Assembly (NCBI GenBank): GCA_028534125.1
Contig: CM052816.1
Span: 24,492,001 to 24,556,000, forward strand
Source of the DNA: Lama glama
Lineage: Eukaryota
DNA: 64,000 nt
Direction: 5' to 3'
In this document: positions 52,600 to 64,000 of the stretch, one piece after another
Layout: each line of letters begins with the position of its first letter
Numbering within the stretch: position 1 is the first letter of the stretch
Position numbers and translations under genes: made by a program
The notes under the pieces: generated by a model
What the model was told of the DNA's origin: nothing
The model's input: the letters and a program-made list of their open reading frames with translations, nothing else
Databases searched by the model: none

Positions 52600-53129
52600 T
52601 GCAAAGTATAGTAAAAACATATTGCCGTATATATATATATACTCACATATACACACACAAGCAAAACAACATAAATTGATACCTATAGAAGTTTAAATCA
52701 TTTGAGGCATTCTTGTACACATTTTGGGGCAATTACTACAATTAGTATTGGGTGCAGACTTTGGTAAAAGTTCCTGGTTTCAGTTCGGCCCTTCACCTCC
52801 GCCCTGCACTGCTGAGTGAGCGTCTGCTCCTTCTGTATGCCTTCAAGTCCCTGTTTCCACCCATTTCTTCTGACTCTTGAGTTCAGCCTTGACAGTTAAC
52901 TTTTAAAGTTTTAAAGTCTTCTATTGGAGAAAAGCAGATGTGCCCCACATTTTCCTCTTCCTCCTTCTTTTCCTGTGAGTTTCTTACTAAAGGAAAAAGG
53001 AAAAACTGAATTTAAAGTAATGTGCTTTAACTGCTCTCTCTTTCACAACTTTAGATGCGTACTGACCCTCTGTTACTGTAGCTTAAGCTTCTTAAACCCC
53101 TCTTGACTCTTTCCCTACTGGTAAGAAAG

Positions 53130-53495
53130 ATGTTATTGCACAGGGTGAGATCTAGAGGAGACCAGGTGCAAGGTTCTAAGTCTTGGCCCAGTGGAGTCAC
53201 ACAAGCTGTGCTTAATTCTTCCAGCATCAGACTGTGACAACGTATGTGAGATGCTGTTTCCCAGGAAAGCAGAGACTCGGTGCTCAAGGCTTTTCTGTGA
53301 AGCTGGTCACGCAGGCACCCTCTGCCTAGCACATATCCAAATTCCAGGCTCCCAAAAGGAAAGTGGGCTTTTAACATAAACCACATTTTTTGTTCAAAAC
53401 CAGTTTAGGCTCATTGAGACAGTGTAGGGAACTGTTCAGACAAGTTCCCAAATGCCAGCAACATTTTGGGGTTCCTGCTATGCCTTTTCTGCACG
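53130..53495. mobile_element. MER21C-like LTR fragment
   Basis: cccagtggagtcacaca; gctggtcacgcaggcaccctctgcctagcac; aacataaaccacatt. Confidence 0.6.
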
Positions 53496-54020
53496 GTTTG
53501 TAATTTCTCTCAGACTTTTGGAGGTATTGCCTATCTTCTGACTTCTAGTACTGTGGTTGAAAAGCGTAATCCACTTTGATAGCTGATCTTTTTTTACCCT
53601 CTTTCAAAAATTTTTGTGTCTATTATTTACGTCTCGTATTCTCAAATTCCATTATAATATGCCTCAGAGGAGACCTTCATAAAAAGTTTTGTTTAACAGT
53701 CAGTGGGCCAGAAATTGGCCTTAGAATATTAGGGCTTAGGGTTTTCAGTTCTGGGAAGTTTTTGATAGTTTTATTTTGTTTTCCTAGTGTTTCTTTGACA
53801 GTTTTTTCTCTTTAATTTTTGTCTGTTTTAATTTCTAGAACTCCTATTATTTGAATGTTATCTCTGGAAGACTTAATCTAATTTTGTTTTTTTTTCCCTC
53901 TTATTTGCCTTTAAAAAAATTTTTTTTAATCTTTTTTTTTTTTTTATGTGGGACATTTCCTCAAGCTTCTAATTCTTCTATTAAGTTTTTTTACCTCTTC
54001 TTTTACTGAACACAGTATCA

Positions 54021-54125
54021 GGGGGTGGATATAGCTCAATGGTAGAGCACATGCTAAGCATGCATGAGGTCCCAGGTTCAATTCCCAGCACCTCTATTGA
54101 AAGAAGAGCAACAACAAAAAAAAAA
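54021..54125 (+). mobile_element. tRNA-derived SINE (Vic-1-like)
   Basis: ATAGCTCAATGGTAGAGC...GGTTCAATTCCC head followed by an A-rich tail. Confidence 0.82.
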
Positions 54126-54537
54126 TGGTATGAAGTGAGCATTGATGGCACACTTCTTTTCTTGTTTTATGGAATCGTTATCTTCTATAACCTCTTTAAA
54201 GATAGTAATATAACATTGAAAAATACTTAATATAAAATCAGCTTATGTATATTGTAGAAAATTATATATACATAAGCATAAATGAGAAAATAAAATTACA
54301 TTTCTCCTATCCACTCCTAACACCTTGGTCTAATGGTAAGGTTTTTTTAAGGTTTTCTTCTGCTTCCTGCCATATCTGTTTCTTAATTCCTTTAATTTCC
54401 CCTCTTAGTTTCCTTTTTCCTGTTTGTTTTGGTGTCTGTCTCATATTTGTTTGCAGGGGAGATACTCTGGCTACATGTAAGGTGACTGGCCAGCTGGCTC
54501 TGGTCTCCTTCTGGTATCTTCGTTTCGATGATACTGA

Positions 54538-54669
<132 letters not shown>

Positions 54670-55399
54670 TAAGAAAAGGCTTTGGGAAAATGGGTTCAGC
54701 CTTAACGCTTCTGGAACGTGCTTTTACACTCTTGGACTTTGTGCTCTGTCTTCATGCAGTATGACTTGATTTTGTTTCTAACATTCCACAATTCTTTCTT
54801 CCCAAAGCATCCATTTGATACTGATAATTCCCTACTCTTCTTTGTCCAGCTTCAGCTAGTGCCCAGCGTCAGATGGTGAAACCATCCTGGGATGGTTTCT
54901 GTCTAGAGAGAGGGCAGGAGCAGGACTCTTGGGTCCACCAGCAGGAGAAAGTGGAAGAGGCTGTCCTTTGAGTTTTCCCCTTAGGCGCGGTTACCAGCCC
55001 TGCAGACTGCAGAGGCAGTAGGACATGGACGTGGGCAGGTGGCCCGTGGGCCTGGCTCACAGGCTGGGGGTTACAGCTCTGGGAATAGTGAGCACGAGCC
55101 TTGGGAGTGGAGTAGCACATTCACCCAGCACAGGCGTAGCTGGGAGGTTTTGACTAGGAGTATTTTCTTTGACCTGTGTTCTGTTGTCCCTGCCTGTTGG
55201 GTAGAAGTAGCTTTATCCAAGTGCAATAAATGGTACGTGGGGTAAGGCCCACGTAGTGGTATGTTGTAGAAAGAGCAGAGTGTGGATCCCAGGACACCGT
55301 CTTAGTCCTATTTCCTGCTTCTCACTGGCTGTGGAACCTCGGGTGGATTTCTCCACCTTAGCTCCTATCCCCTCAGCAACTTCACATCTGCCAGGAATT

Positions 55400-55540
55400 T
55401 TTTTCCCCCTCCAGCTTTATTGAGGTATAATTGATAAATAAAATTGTAATATATTGAAAGTCAGCCACCTGATGATTTGACATAGGCATACATTGTGAAA
55501 AGATTCCACAATCCGGTTAGTACACCCTTCACCTCACAAC

Positions 55541-55580
<40 letters not shown>

Positions 55581-55612
55581 ATGCTTAAGATCTACTCTCA
55601 GCAAATTTTAAG
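55400..55612 (-). mobile_element. L1 3' end containing a (GT)17 microsatellite
   Basis: cagctttattgaggtataattga...cttaagatctactctcagcaaattt. Confidence 0.75.
55543..55576. repeat. (GT)17 microsatellite
   Basis: Perfect dinucleotide run. Confidence 0.95.
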
Positions 55613-56063
55613 TCTATGTCAGGAACTTGTGAGGTCTTTGGCTGTGGCTTGTTTAGTCTCAGACGCATGCACTCTCTTTGCCCGATTCCCATTCTTTGAA
55701 ATCAGTTATGTCCCTTTTACTTTTCTTGTGCACTTGAGATCCAGAGGGGTAAGTGTATAGCTGTGGCCTTTCCCGAACGCATTCAATGGGGACACCTCTC
55801 TCTCAGGAGAAAAACCAGATGGCTGACTAAGAGGGACTTAGTTATGCTCTGTGTCTTTCCAGACTTTTGGGTCTCTCTCTCATTTTATTTTCTTTTATAA
55901 AACTGGATCTATACTAACATTGTTTTGTATCTTAATTTTTTTTTTCTACACCAACTTAGAACTTGGACATTTCACCTTGTTAATATATACAGTTCTGCTA
56001 CACTTTTTTACTGGGATAAGATATCCTATATCATTTAATTTTGTTCATTTTTTTCTCTTTTAG

Positions 56064-56118
56064 TACCATCAACTACAGTAAGGACCTTCCCCTGGCCCAA
56101 GGAATCAAGTTTCAGTAA
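56064..56118 (+). CDS. ALDH7A1: ALDH7A1 exon 18 coding part (TINYSKDLPLAQGIKFQ*)
   Basis: tttag| ... TAA at 56116-56118. Has the ALDH7-type C-terminus PLAQGIKF. Confidence 0.97.
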
Positions 56119-56204
56119 AGGTGCTTTAAACTGACATCACCTCCAGTCTTTCAGGCATTGTTGCAGCTCTTCTGAAGAAGACAAGAAAATTCAGATTTGC
56201 CTAG

Positions 56205-56295
56205 AATAAATGCATTATTTTGAATATGACAGTGGCTTACCTCTTATGCCTCTGAGGCCTCAGTCAAAAGACGTGTTTTGTTTTTTAAAAATAAA
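56205..56295 (+). terminator. ALDH7A1: Proximal ALDH7A1 polyadenylation signals AATAAA (56205-56210, 56290-56295)
   Basis: Canonical hexamers about 90 and 170 nt after the stop codon. Confidence 0.65.
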
Positions 56296-56377
56296 GATTG
56301 TGATGCCATGGCTGTATTGAGTAAAAGATAGATCAGGTAGATTTTTATGTTACTAGTAGTTACTGACTTCTTTAAAG

Positions 56378-56447
56378 TTTAGGATTATTTTATAGGTTAG
56401 AAAAAGTAGTACATTTAGGATTATTTTATAGGTTAGAAAAAGTAGTA
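56378..56447. repeat. Perfect tandem duplication of 34 bp (period 36)
   Basis: TTTAGGATTATTTTATAGGTTAGAAAAAGTAGTA at 56378-56411 and 56414-56447. Confidence 0.95.
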
Positions 56448-59400
56448 GGGGTTTGGGAAAACACCGAATATAATAGAGAAGAAAATAGAAGTCTCATCAG
56501 TAGATGCAGGAACGTCCCCTGAGCAGGTAAGGAAATCGGTGGTGAGCATTAGCTCACATTTCCCTCCTCAGCAGGTACTGGAGAGGGTGTGACTGAAGGG
56601 AGTGTGTCCCTTGTTTGTGGAGGACCATAGCACAGTATCCCTGTGGAATGACCTGCTGTTTAAGATGACTGAGGGCACTTCCAGCCATCTCGGCTTCTCT
56701 TGCTCAGGATGGCTTGTGTCACCAAAGAAGAAATTTGCAGGGTGGTTGTAGATTTTGCTCCTGTCCTAGAACCTGCACCTGCTGACGACTGCAGAATTCT
56801 ATGCAAAGCTCTCCTGGAGTTCTTAGGCAGCCTCAGTCTGTTTTCTTGAGCTGTTAGGCCTCTGTAATTGCCCTTAGGTTTGTCCTCGGAGAATAACCAT
56901 GTGTGTGACAGCATGTATTCATAGTGAACTCCGCATAATTCACTGTCTCTTTGCTGACGGTCCACTTGCTTCTCTGGAGAAGCAGCCCAGGAGCACCTGG
57001 AATGGTTCAGCTCGGGGCCCTGTGGAGCTCATGCCTTCTCCTGCAGTTCTGTCTTCACGGCAGCCCATGCTCCCCCGGTGGGTAGCAGCCACCACCCCCT
57101 CTACTCCTGCCAGACTGGACTGGGACAGAAGCCTTGGAAGAAGATGACATTTGTAGATGACCTGATGGGTCAGGACATATGGAAAGATTTAGACTACTGG
57201 CCAAGAGTTTGAGGTTGAGTCATGACAGAGAAGCAGGCAGATGAAAAAACCAAGCAATGATAAATTTATCAGGGAAGGAAAGGTATTCATAACATGCTCC
57301 TTGGCCAAGCTGTGACTAGTGTTCACCTAAGTGTGCCGTTGTCAACCTTGACTATTAATTAAGCCAAGCACTAACAGTAGACCTTCTGAGAGCATGTTGG
57401 CAGTAAGAACTCAGGGTTTGAGGGTAGGCTGGAAAGGCAGTTTTAGGTTCTGTAGTGGAAAATTAGTAATGCCTAAAATTACAAAAGCAAGAAGTAGCAA
57501 CATAGGCTTATACAGATAGGTAAATTCTGAAAAAAATCATTGCTTCAGGGGAGGGCAAATTGGAGGTAGGGCACGGAGACTGGAGAGATAGCTGTTTTTC
57601 ATAAGTTTTAAAAAGATATCTGATTTTTTAAGTCAACAGGATGTGTAACTTAAAAATTAAAACCAGCAAAGAAGAAAGTGATGTTGAAGAATCAGGTGGT
57701 TGGAGTCCTACATTTCCAGGTCCCCTTCCCCCCACCTGCTTCCCCAGCACACATACATGCAGTTATCTGCTCCCTGTTACCGCACTAGGATGCTTTTAAA
57801 ACATCTCACTAAATGATCATGCTGAAAGCCAAGTTTTCTTCTATATTTTGAAGTCCAAAATAGACTAGACTACCTTGTACTGATACATACATACATTGTA
57901 ATGTAAATAGTTGCTTAAGAAAATCATGCCATTTGGGCATTTATTTTAAAAATCCTTGCTGTGGTTTTAAGTTGTAAGTCACAATGTTGGGTATTCTAGC
58001 CCTGTCTTCTTTAGTAACTGTAACACTGTCTGAAGAAAGTAAAGCTCTATTTAAAACATTTTTAGGAACTATGTGATAATTGGCTATTTTCATTTTTGAA
58101 ATTCTATGAGATTAATTTTGATTGAAATATTTTTGTATTCTGTTTTTTCCAAGCATATAATTTTTAAAATTTTTTAAACAAGTATTTTAAAATACAGGCT
58201 GTATCTGTGGTTTTGTTGTTAAATTTTTACATTTATAATGTCTCTCCAATTGGGTATTTAAGGAGACTCACCATCCTCCTGTGTATCTGCTAAACCCAGG
58301 CCGTGGTCATCAATTTCGAATAATAATCTACTGGTGAAAGAGGGTGACTGTTCGCTCTAATCTTAAGATATTTAAGTCAAATTAAACTGGTTCTGAAAGC
58401 TTTCTTTGAAACTAATCCACAATTTTTCTATACCTGTTTCTAGCAACAAGGACGTTTTTTGTCATAACGTTTATTTAAAAAATACTGCTTTTAAATTGGC
58501 CCTTTGTTCTTTTTTATTGACTTAATAAAAGTAAGTTACTAGTGTTTTTAACCACAGAAGTTAAAATGTACTTTTGTATGTGTTATTACTGCCATTTGTT
58601 TTAAGGTGCTGGGAATCCTGTACTGCTGGTTACTGGTTATATTGAGTTACGTGTGACTATCCCTGTCTGCCTGCATCCAGTATTACGGTCATGCTATCAG
58701 TTCCCAGCCCCCACCGTGGACGTGAGGAGCAGTGGTTAGCATTTCCACTATATGGGGTGGTGATAATGCCCGTCGCACACAAAAGTAACAGTGCCTGGCA
58801 ATGGTAAGAGTCAATAAATATTGGCTACTGTTATTAGGGTGTTTTCCACATTTTATAGTCTTAAATCTGTAAATGAAATTTAGATGCATTTTTCAGGTTT
58901 TTGAAAAGAAAGTTCTTTGAGATTTTTATTGAAATAATGTTAAATTTATAAATTAGGAAAGAACTAATTTATAATACTTAAATTTTAAAAAATCTAGGCC
59001 ATATGTTTGTTGAATTCAAATATTTATTATTCTTAGCAAAATTCTTTTTAAGTGTATTCCTGTGTGTTTTATGGTTTGTTATTGTCAGCTGGATTTTTCT
59101 TTATGTGTAAATTGTTGCAGAGGCAATTTACTTTCCAAGGGAGATTAGGTATGAAAATAGGAACACAAATCCACTAACTCCTAAGCATTATCTGTTTGCT
59201 GGTGGAAGTTTTCACTCTAGTAATTGCAGGATTCTAGAAATCCGGCCAGGAATCACATATTATGAAGTTGTCTTCACGATGTTGACCTGTAGGTGGCAGT
59301 GTTGCTCAGAGCAAGTGCCTCGGTTTGGCAGGGATATGAGTTGTGTCCACACTTTGGTGTCCTGGAAGTCACTGTGGAGAGGGTTTTGCGTTCAGCAGAC

Positions 59401-59989
59401 AGATGTGCTAAACTCAGTGCCCCACTTATATCGGCTGTATTTCATTCCAGCACCATTAGTAACCCACCTCCCCTACCTTCCGTCTGACTACACAGATTAC
59501 CTCTGTTGCAGTTGATTACTGTTCTTAGATAAAACATAAGCCCCAAAATGTCAGAAAAAAGAATGGCTATAATTGCAGAGTAGTGTCTTTTAAATTAAGA
59601 AACTAATTCGGTTGTTATATTTTCCATCCACTCTGCCTTCCCTGCAGTGAGCATATGTGTGAAGTTACTCCATTTTTGACAACTCCAGGGGATATTTTAT
59701 TTTTCTTACACTATATTCTGGGTACTTTTCAAAGCACTTAACAAATACAAATCCATTTAATTCTCATAATAATTCTACAAAGTAGATACTATCATGGTCC
59801 TCATTTTACTAATGAGGAGACTGAGGTATGGAGAGGTTAAGCAACTTCGTCTGTTTCACAGCTGGTAAACGGTGGGGCTGTAATTTGCACCTGAACAGTC
59901 TGGCCCCGAGTTAGTTCTCTGGTGATGTGAACTGAGACTGGAACACCTCCCTTCCCTGCCTGTCTGTCTCTCAACTGCTGATCTTTCCT

Positions 59990-60740
59990 TTTTTTCTTTT
60001 GTAATGTTTTTATTATTGGCATAATTCACAAACTTAAAAATGCAAATACAATATGAAGAACTTTTTTTCGCCTAAAGTGAGACTATGTCGTTCACTGGAT
60101 GCCGCATCACTTCCAGCTCTAGCGTATATTTCCCACAAACAAAGACGTTTTCCAGCATAACCATGTACAACCATCAGAATCAGGAAACCAATACTGATAT
60201 GTTACTAACATAATTCAAAGATCCATTCAACTTTTGTCACTTGTGCCAGTAATGTCCTTTATAGCAAAAGGGGCCATGTTGTCAGATGTCCTTGGTTTCC
60301 TCTAGTCTCTTCTTGACTTTTATGATCTTGATACTTTGAGGACTACAGGCTACTCGTTTGGTAGGATGGCCCTCAACTTGGTGTTTCCTCATGATATGGT
60401 TCAGGTTGTGCATCTTAAGCAGCACATTTGCAGAAGTGATGCCATATTCCCCTAAATGTATTCTGCCGTGATGCCTGGTGGTGATTTTTCTGTTTCTCAT
60501 GTTAACACTGATCTCTTGATTACATTGATGTCTGCCAGCTTTTTCCTTTGTAGTGTTTCTCCTTAGTCTTTGAGACAACCTAGATGTCCAGTTCTCCCTC
60601 AAATTTTCCATTCACTTATTTTATCTTCTATTTTCCTATTTTATCCAGTGAGTTATAATCCATTTATTTTTATTACTTATTTTGATGCTGCAAATGCATT
60701 TTGATGTCCCTCATTTGGCCAGCAGTATTCCTTTCAAGCC
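59990..60740 (-). mobile_element. Old L1 (L1MC-like) 3' UTR fragment
   Basis: cataaccatgtacaaccatcagaatcaggaaa; aatgtcctttatagcaaaagg. Similar to the text at 41900-42030. Confidence 0.6.
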
Positions 60741-61609
60741 AACATCAGTGGGTTCAATTCAGTTTTTTTCCTTTCAATATTTGTAACTCTACATCTTATA
60801 GTAAGAAACCTGCCTCTCATTACCCTTGGTGCATTTTTCTCGTTGGAATAACGAATCTCCTGTCCTTGTAAGGACACCTCCCTCACCTCATTCTCATTCT
60901 GAGGGTACTGGTCTCGTCCCCGACATTAATGTCTTCCTCACCTAACTGAGGCACCAAATGCATAGCTGCCCCTACATGGGAACTTCCTTCTCACCCACCT
61001 GATGGCTTCAGGACTGAACTGTTCTGGAAGAAATGAGATAGAGAAAGAGGAACTGACCTTTCCTTAAATGTAGAATTTTGAGTCAGAATCAAAATGGTAC
61101 TTGACTGTCTCCCACCCTGCTTGCTTGTCCAGGAGCTGAGATGCCTGGGGCTTCAGCTGGAAATACAAGTGGCACAGGTTTGGAAGGTGAAGCACCTGTG
61201 TTCTAGGCACAGCTCTGCTTCTAACGGGCTGAATGCTCTTAGAGAAATAATCTGACATCTCTGTGCCTTGGTGCTGTCATCTGTAAAATGAATAGGCTGG
61301 AGCAAATCTGAAATAGAAAGCTGGTATCCCATGAGCCAAAATTGGCCTCAGTGCTTGATTTATACTTGGAAATTAGCTTTCGGAAAAATCGAATTGGAAT
61401 TTCTTGAGCTGGAGGCTGTGTGCTCCAATTAGCTGCAGGAAGGTTACGGCTCAGAGGACCGTTCCCAGCTTCACAGTGTTCCTTGTAGCGCACAGGTTCT
61501 GTGGCTTTCTTCCCCAAGCAGTGATGAATCGGACTTGCCTCAGTCTGCCCCTTCTTGGCTCAAGACTGTTTCTACCAAGAAGAGCAACAGTTCCATTCAG
61601 GGCCCTGGT

Positions 61610-62065
61610 ATTATTATTCAAGGTAGGATTTTAGCTGCTCTAACCGAGACTACAAAGAATGAAGGCTCGACAAGATAGTTTCTCCTGCCCATGAAGCAGT
61701 CCAGGTGTGGGTGGTCTAGAGCGGACCGGTGACCCCACGGTGTCCGGGCCTTGCGCTGCTTGTGGTGGTTGGTCTCCTTAGTGGAAGGTCGCTCACCGCG
61801 GCCGCCTGTTTCAGCTCATACACATCTAGGGGAGGGCCCTCTTGCATCTAAGGTGTGACCCAGAGGTCGAACACGTCCTTTCCACTCACATCCCGGTGGC
61901 AGAACTCAGTCACAGAGCATATACAGCTGAACAAGAGGTTGACAAACCTTTATTTTTGGGATCCGCGTACTCTGGCCAAACTTAGGTGTTCTGTTCTGTT
62001 GAGAGAGGACAGATGGGTATTGGGAGACAATGGACAGCTTCCACAAAAGTATGTGTTCAAAATAC
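61610..62065. mobile_element. Old MLT1 (J/K-like) LTR
   Basis: agctgctctaac..caaagaatgaaggctcgacaagatagtt; cactcacatccc..tggcagaactcagtcac. Confidence 0.45.
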
Positions 62066-62299
62066 TCCCCTCCACCCACTGTCTAGAATGTCCTCCTCAC
62101 ATGTCATTTTACTTCTTGTGCTGTCTGACGATCAGCCAGATCAGCCAACTGAGAATTGGTTTCGATTCTGTTATCCTTTCCCAGGGCTATCTGTCATTCA
62201 CCCCTTCTTGAAAAATAGAAGTAATCAGCTTTCAAAAGCAGCCAAACGGAAAATTTTTTTCCTTTTTTAAATTTAAATTTAATTTTTTTTTTATTTAGA

Positions 62300-62480
62300 G
62301 AAGTATTTTTTTTAAATTGAAGTATAGTTGAGTTACAATGTTGTGTTAATTTCTGATGTACAGCTTAGTGATTCAGTTATACATATATACACACATTTCT
62401 TTTCATATTTTTCTGTTATAGGCCATTACAAGATATTGAATATAGTTCTCTGTGCTATACAGTAGGACCTTGTTGTTTTT
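62300..62480 (-). mobile_element. L1 3' end
   Basis: attgaagtatagttgagttacaatgttgtg...tgtgctatacagtaggaccttgttg. Confidence 0.8.
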
Positions 62481-62934
62481 CAGGGAAACTATATGTTGTT
62501 TAGGACAGAGCAGGAGGTGGGAGAGATAAGTTTGGACAAATGGGACAGTTGGAGATAGGGTTGGCAAAGATAGGAAATCCTTTCAGGAGCCAGCAGGCCA
62601 AATGGGAAGAGTAGGTACCTGGAAAAGTCGGTGCTGCTGGAAGAGAATGAGAAAAGGGAAGGAGGCTGGGGACCAGATGTAAGTGTCCCTCAGCCTTGCC
62701 CCTTAGCTCTATTTTCTACTTTGGCTCAGTGGATACTTAACCTCTCATACCCGGATCGTCAAAAGAGCTGGGTTCGATTCCCAACTCTGGGCCATGTAAC
62801 ACTGGGAAAACCACATCTCTCCTAAGGCCCCATGTCTTTCTCTGTAAAATGGGCATAACCTTCCTGCCATACTTCTCTTCCCAGCACTTTTGTAAAATAC
62901 AGACGCAGTATCGGACAGGAGGACTTTCTGTGGT

Positions 62935-64000
62935 TGACCTTTACTGTTTGTTTGCCTTTACTAACGAGATTTTTCCTTTTGTAATTTTGATATTTCTAGT
63001 TGTGTTCTTTTCCACTTCGTGAAGTCCCTTTAACATTTCTTGTAAAGCTGATTTAGTGGTGCTGAACTCCTCTAGCTTTTGCTTGTCTGTAAAACTCTGT
63101 CTCTCCTTAAAATCTGAGTGAGAGCCTTGCCGGGAAGAATATTCTTGGTTGTGGGGTTTTTTCTCTCATCACTGTACATATATTGCACCACTCTCTTGTC
63201 GCCTGCAAAGTTTCTGTTGAAAAGTCACCTGGTAGGCTTATGGGAGTTTCTTTGTATATAACTAGTTGCTTTTCCCTTACTGCTTTTAAGATTCTTTATT
63301 TTTTGCAATTTTAATTGTTATTTGTCTTGGTGTAGATCTCTCTGAATTAGTCTTATTTGGGACTTTATGTGCTTCTTGGATCTGGAGGTCTGTTTCCTTT
63401 CCTAGGTCAGGGAAGTTTTCATTTATTATTTGTTCAAATAAGTGTTTTGACACTTTCTCTCTCTTTTCTTCTTCTGTGGCCCCTATAATGTGAATGTTAG
63501 TACCCTTCATGTTGTCCTAGAGGTCTCTTAAATTATCCTCATTTTATAAAATAATTTTTTTCTTTTTTCTGTTCAACTTGAGTGATTCTACAACTCTGTC
63601 TTCCAGTTTACTGATTTGTTCTTCTGAATCATCTGTTGTTGATTTCTTCTAGTGTATTTTTAATTTCATTTATTACGTTCGTAAGCTCTGTTTGGTTCTT
63701 CTTTATGTTTTCTGACTCCTTTTTGAGCTTTTCTCTGTGTTCATCCGTTTTTCACCCTCGTTAGGCATCTTTATGATTATTACCTTGAACTCTTCATTGG
63801 GTGGTTTGCTTATCTCATCTTTGCTTAGTTCTTCTGTATTTTTTTCCTCTTGTTACTTTGTTTGGAACATATTCCTCTGTTACTCATTTTGCCTAATTCT
63901 GTGTTTTTATTTCTATGTGTCAGGTAGGTCAGCCACATTTCCTGATCTTGGAGACGTACCCTTATGTAGGAGACATCTGTGGGGCTCAGCAGCATACTCC
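62935..64000 (-). mobile_element. L1 ORF1 region, decayed, running off the window end
   Basis: ORF 63286-63510 NIHIIG..EEEKREK..LFEQII.ENFPDL.KE..QIQEA resembles L1 ORF1p. Confidence 0.88.

Noticed and set aside
54021..54100. tRNA-Ala-like genes (also at 10132-10267, 22582-22686, 42804-42972)
   Set aside because: Mismatched stems, decayed CpGs, A-rich tails and TSDs mark them as SINE copies.

Overview
Mammalian genomic DNA, probably from a camelid (inferred from four tRNA-Ala-derived SINEs resembling the camelid Vic-1 family). Three complete spliced genes can be rebuilt by hand, each with GT-AG introns and an open frame. TEX43/SPMIP10 is on the minus strand (3 exons, 6490->3438, 134 aa) and is absent from the ORF track. 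PHAX is on the minus strand (5 exons, 20563->8775, 394 aa). ALDH7A1/antiquitin is on the plus strand (18 exons, 25133->56118, 539 aa with a 28-aa mitochondrial presequence, or 511 aa from Met29). PHAX and ALDH7A1 diverge from two separate CpG islands about 4.5 kb apart. The rest is mostly interspersed repeats (L1, L2, MIR, SINEs, ERV/MaLR solo LTRs, hAT/Tigger fossils). I found no convincing wholly new biological system. The best leads are: a divergent CTCF-motif pair between the promoters; a dense ACGTG cluster upstream of ALDH7A1; a polyadenylated LTR-like fragment apparently inserted by L1 machinery; nested LTRs; short perfect tandem duplications; and possible PHAX-TEX43 read-through. Gene names, repeat family names and human comparisons come from recall, not from database searches.
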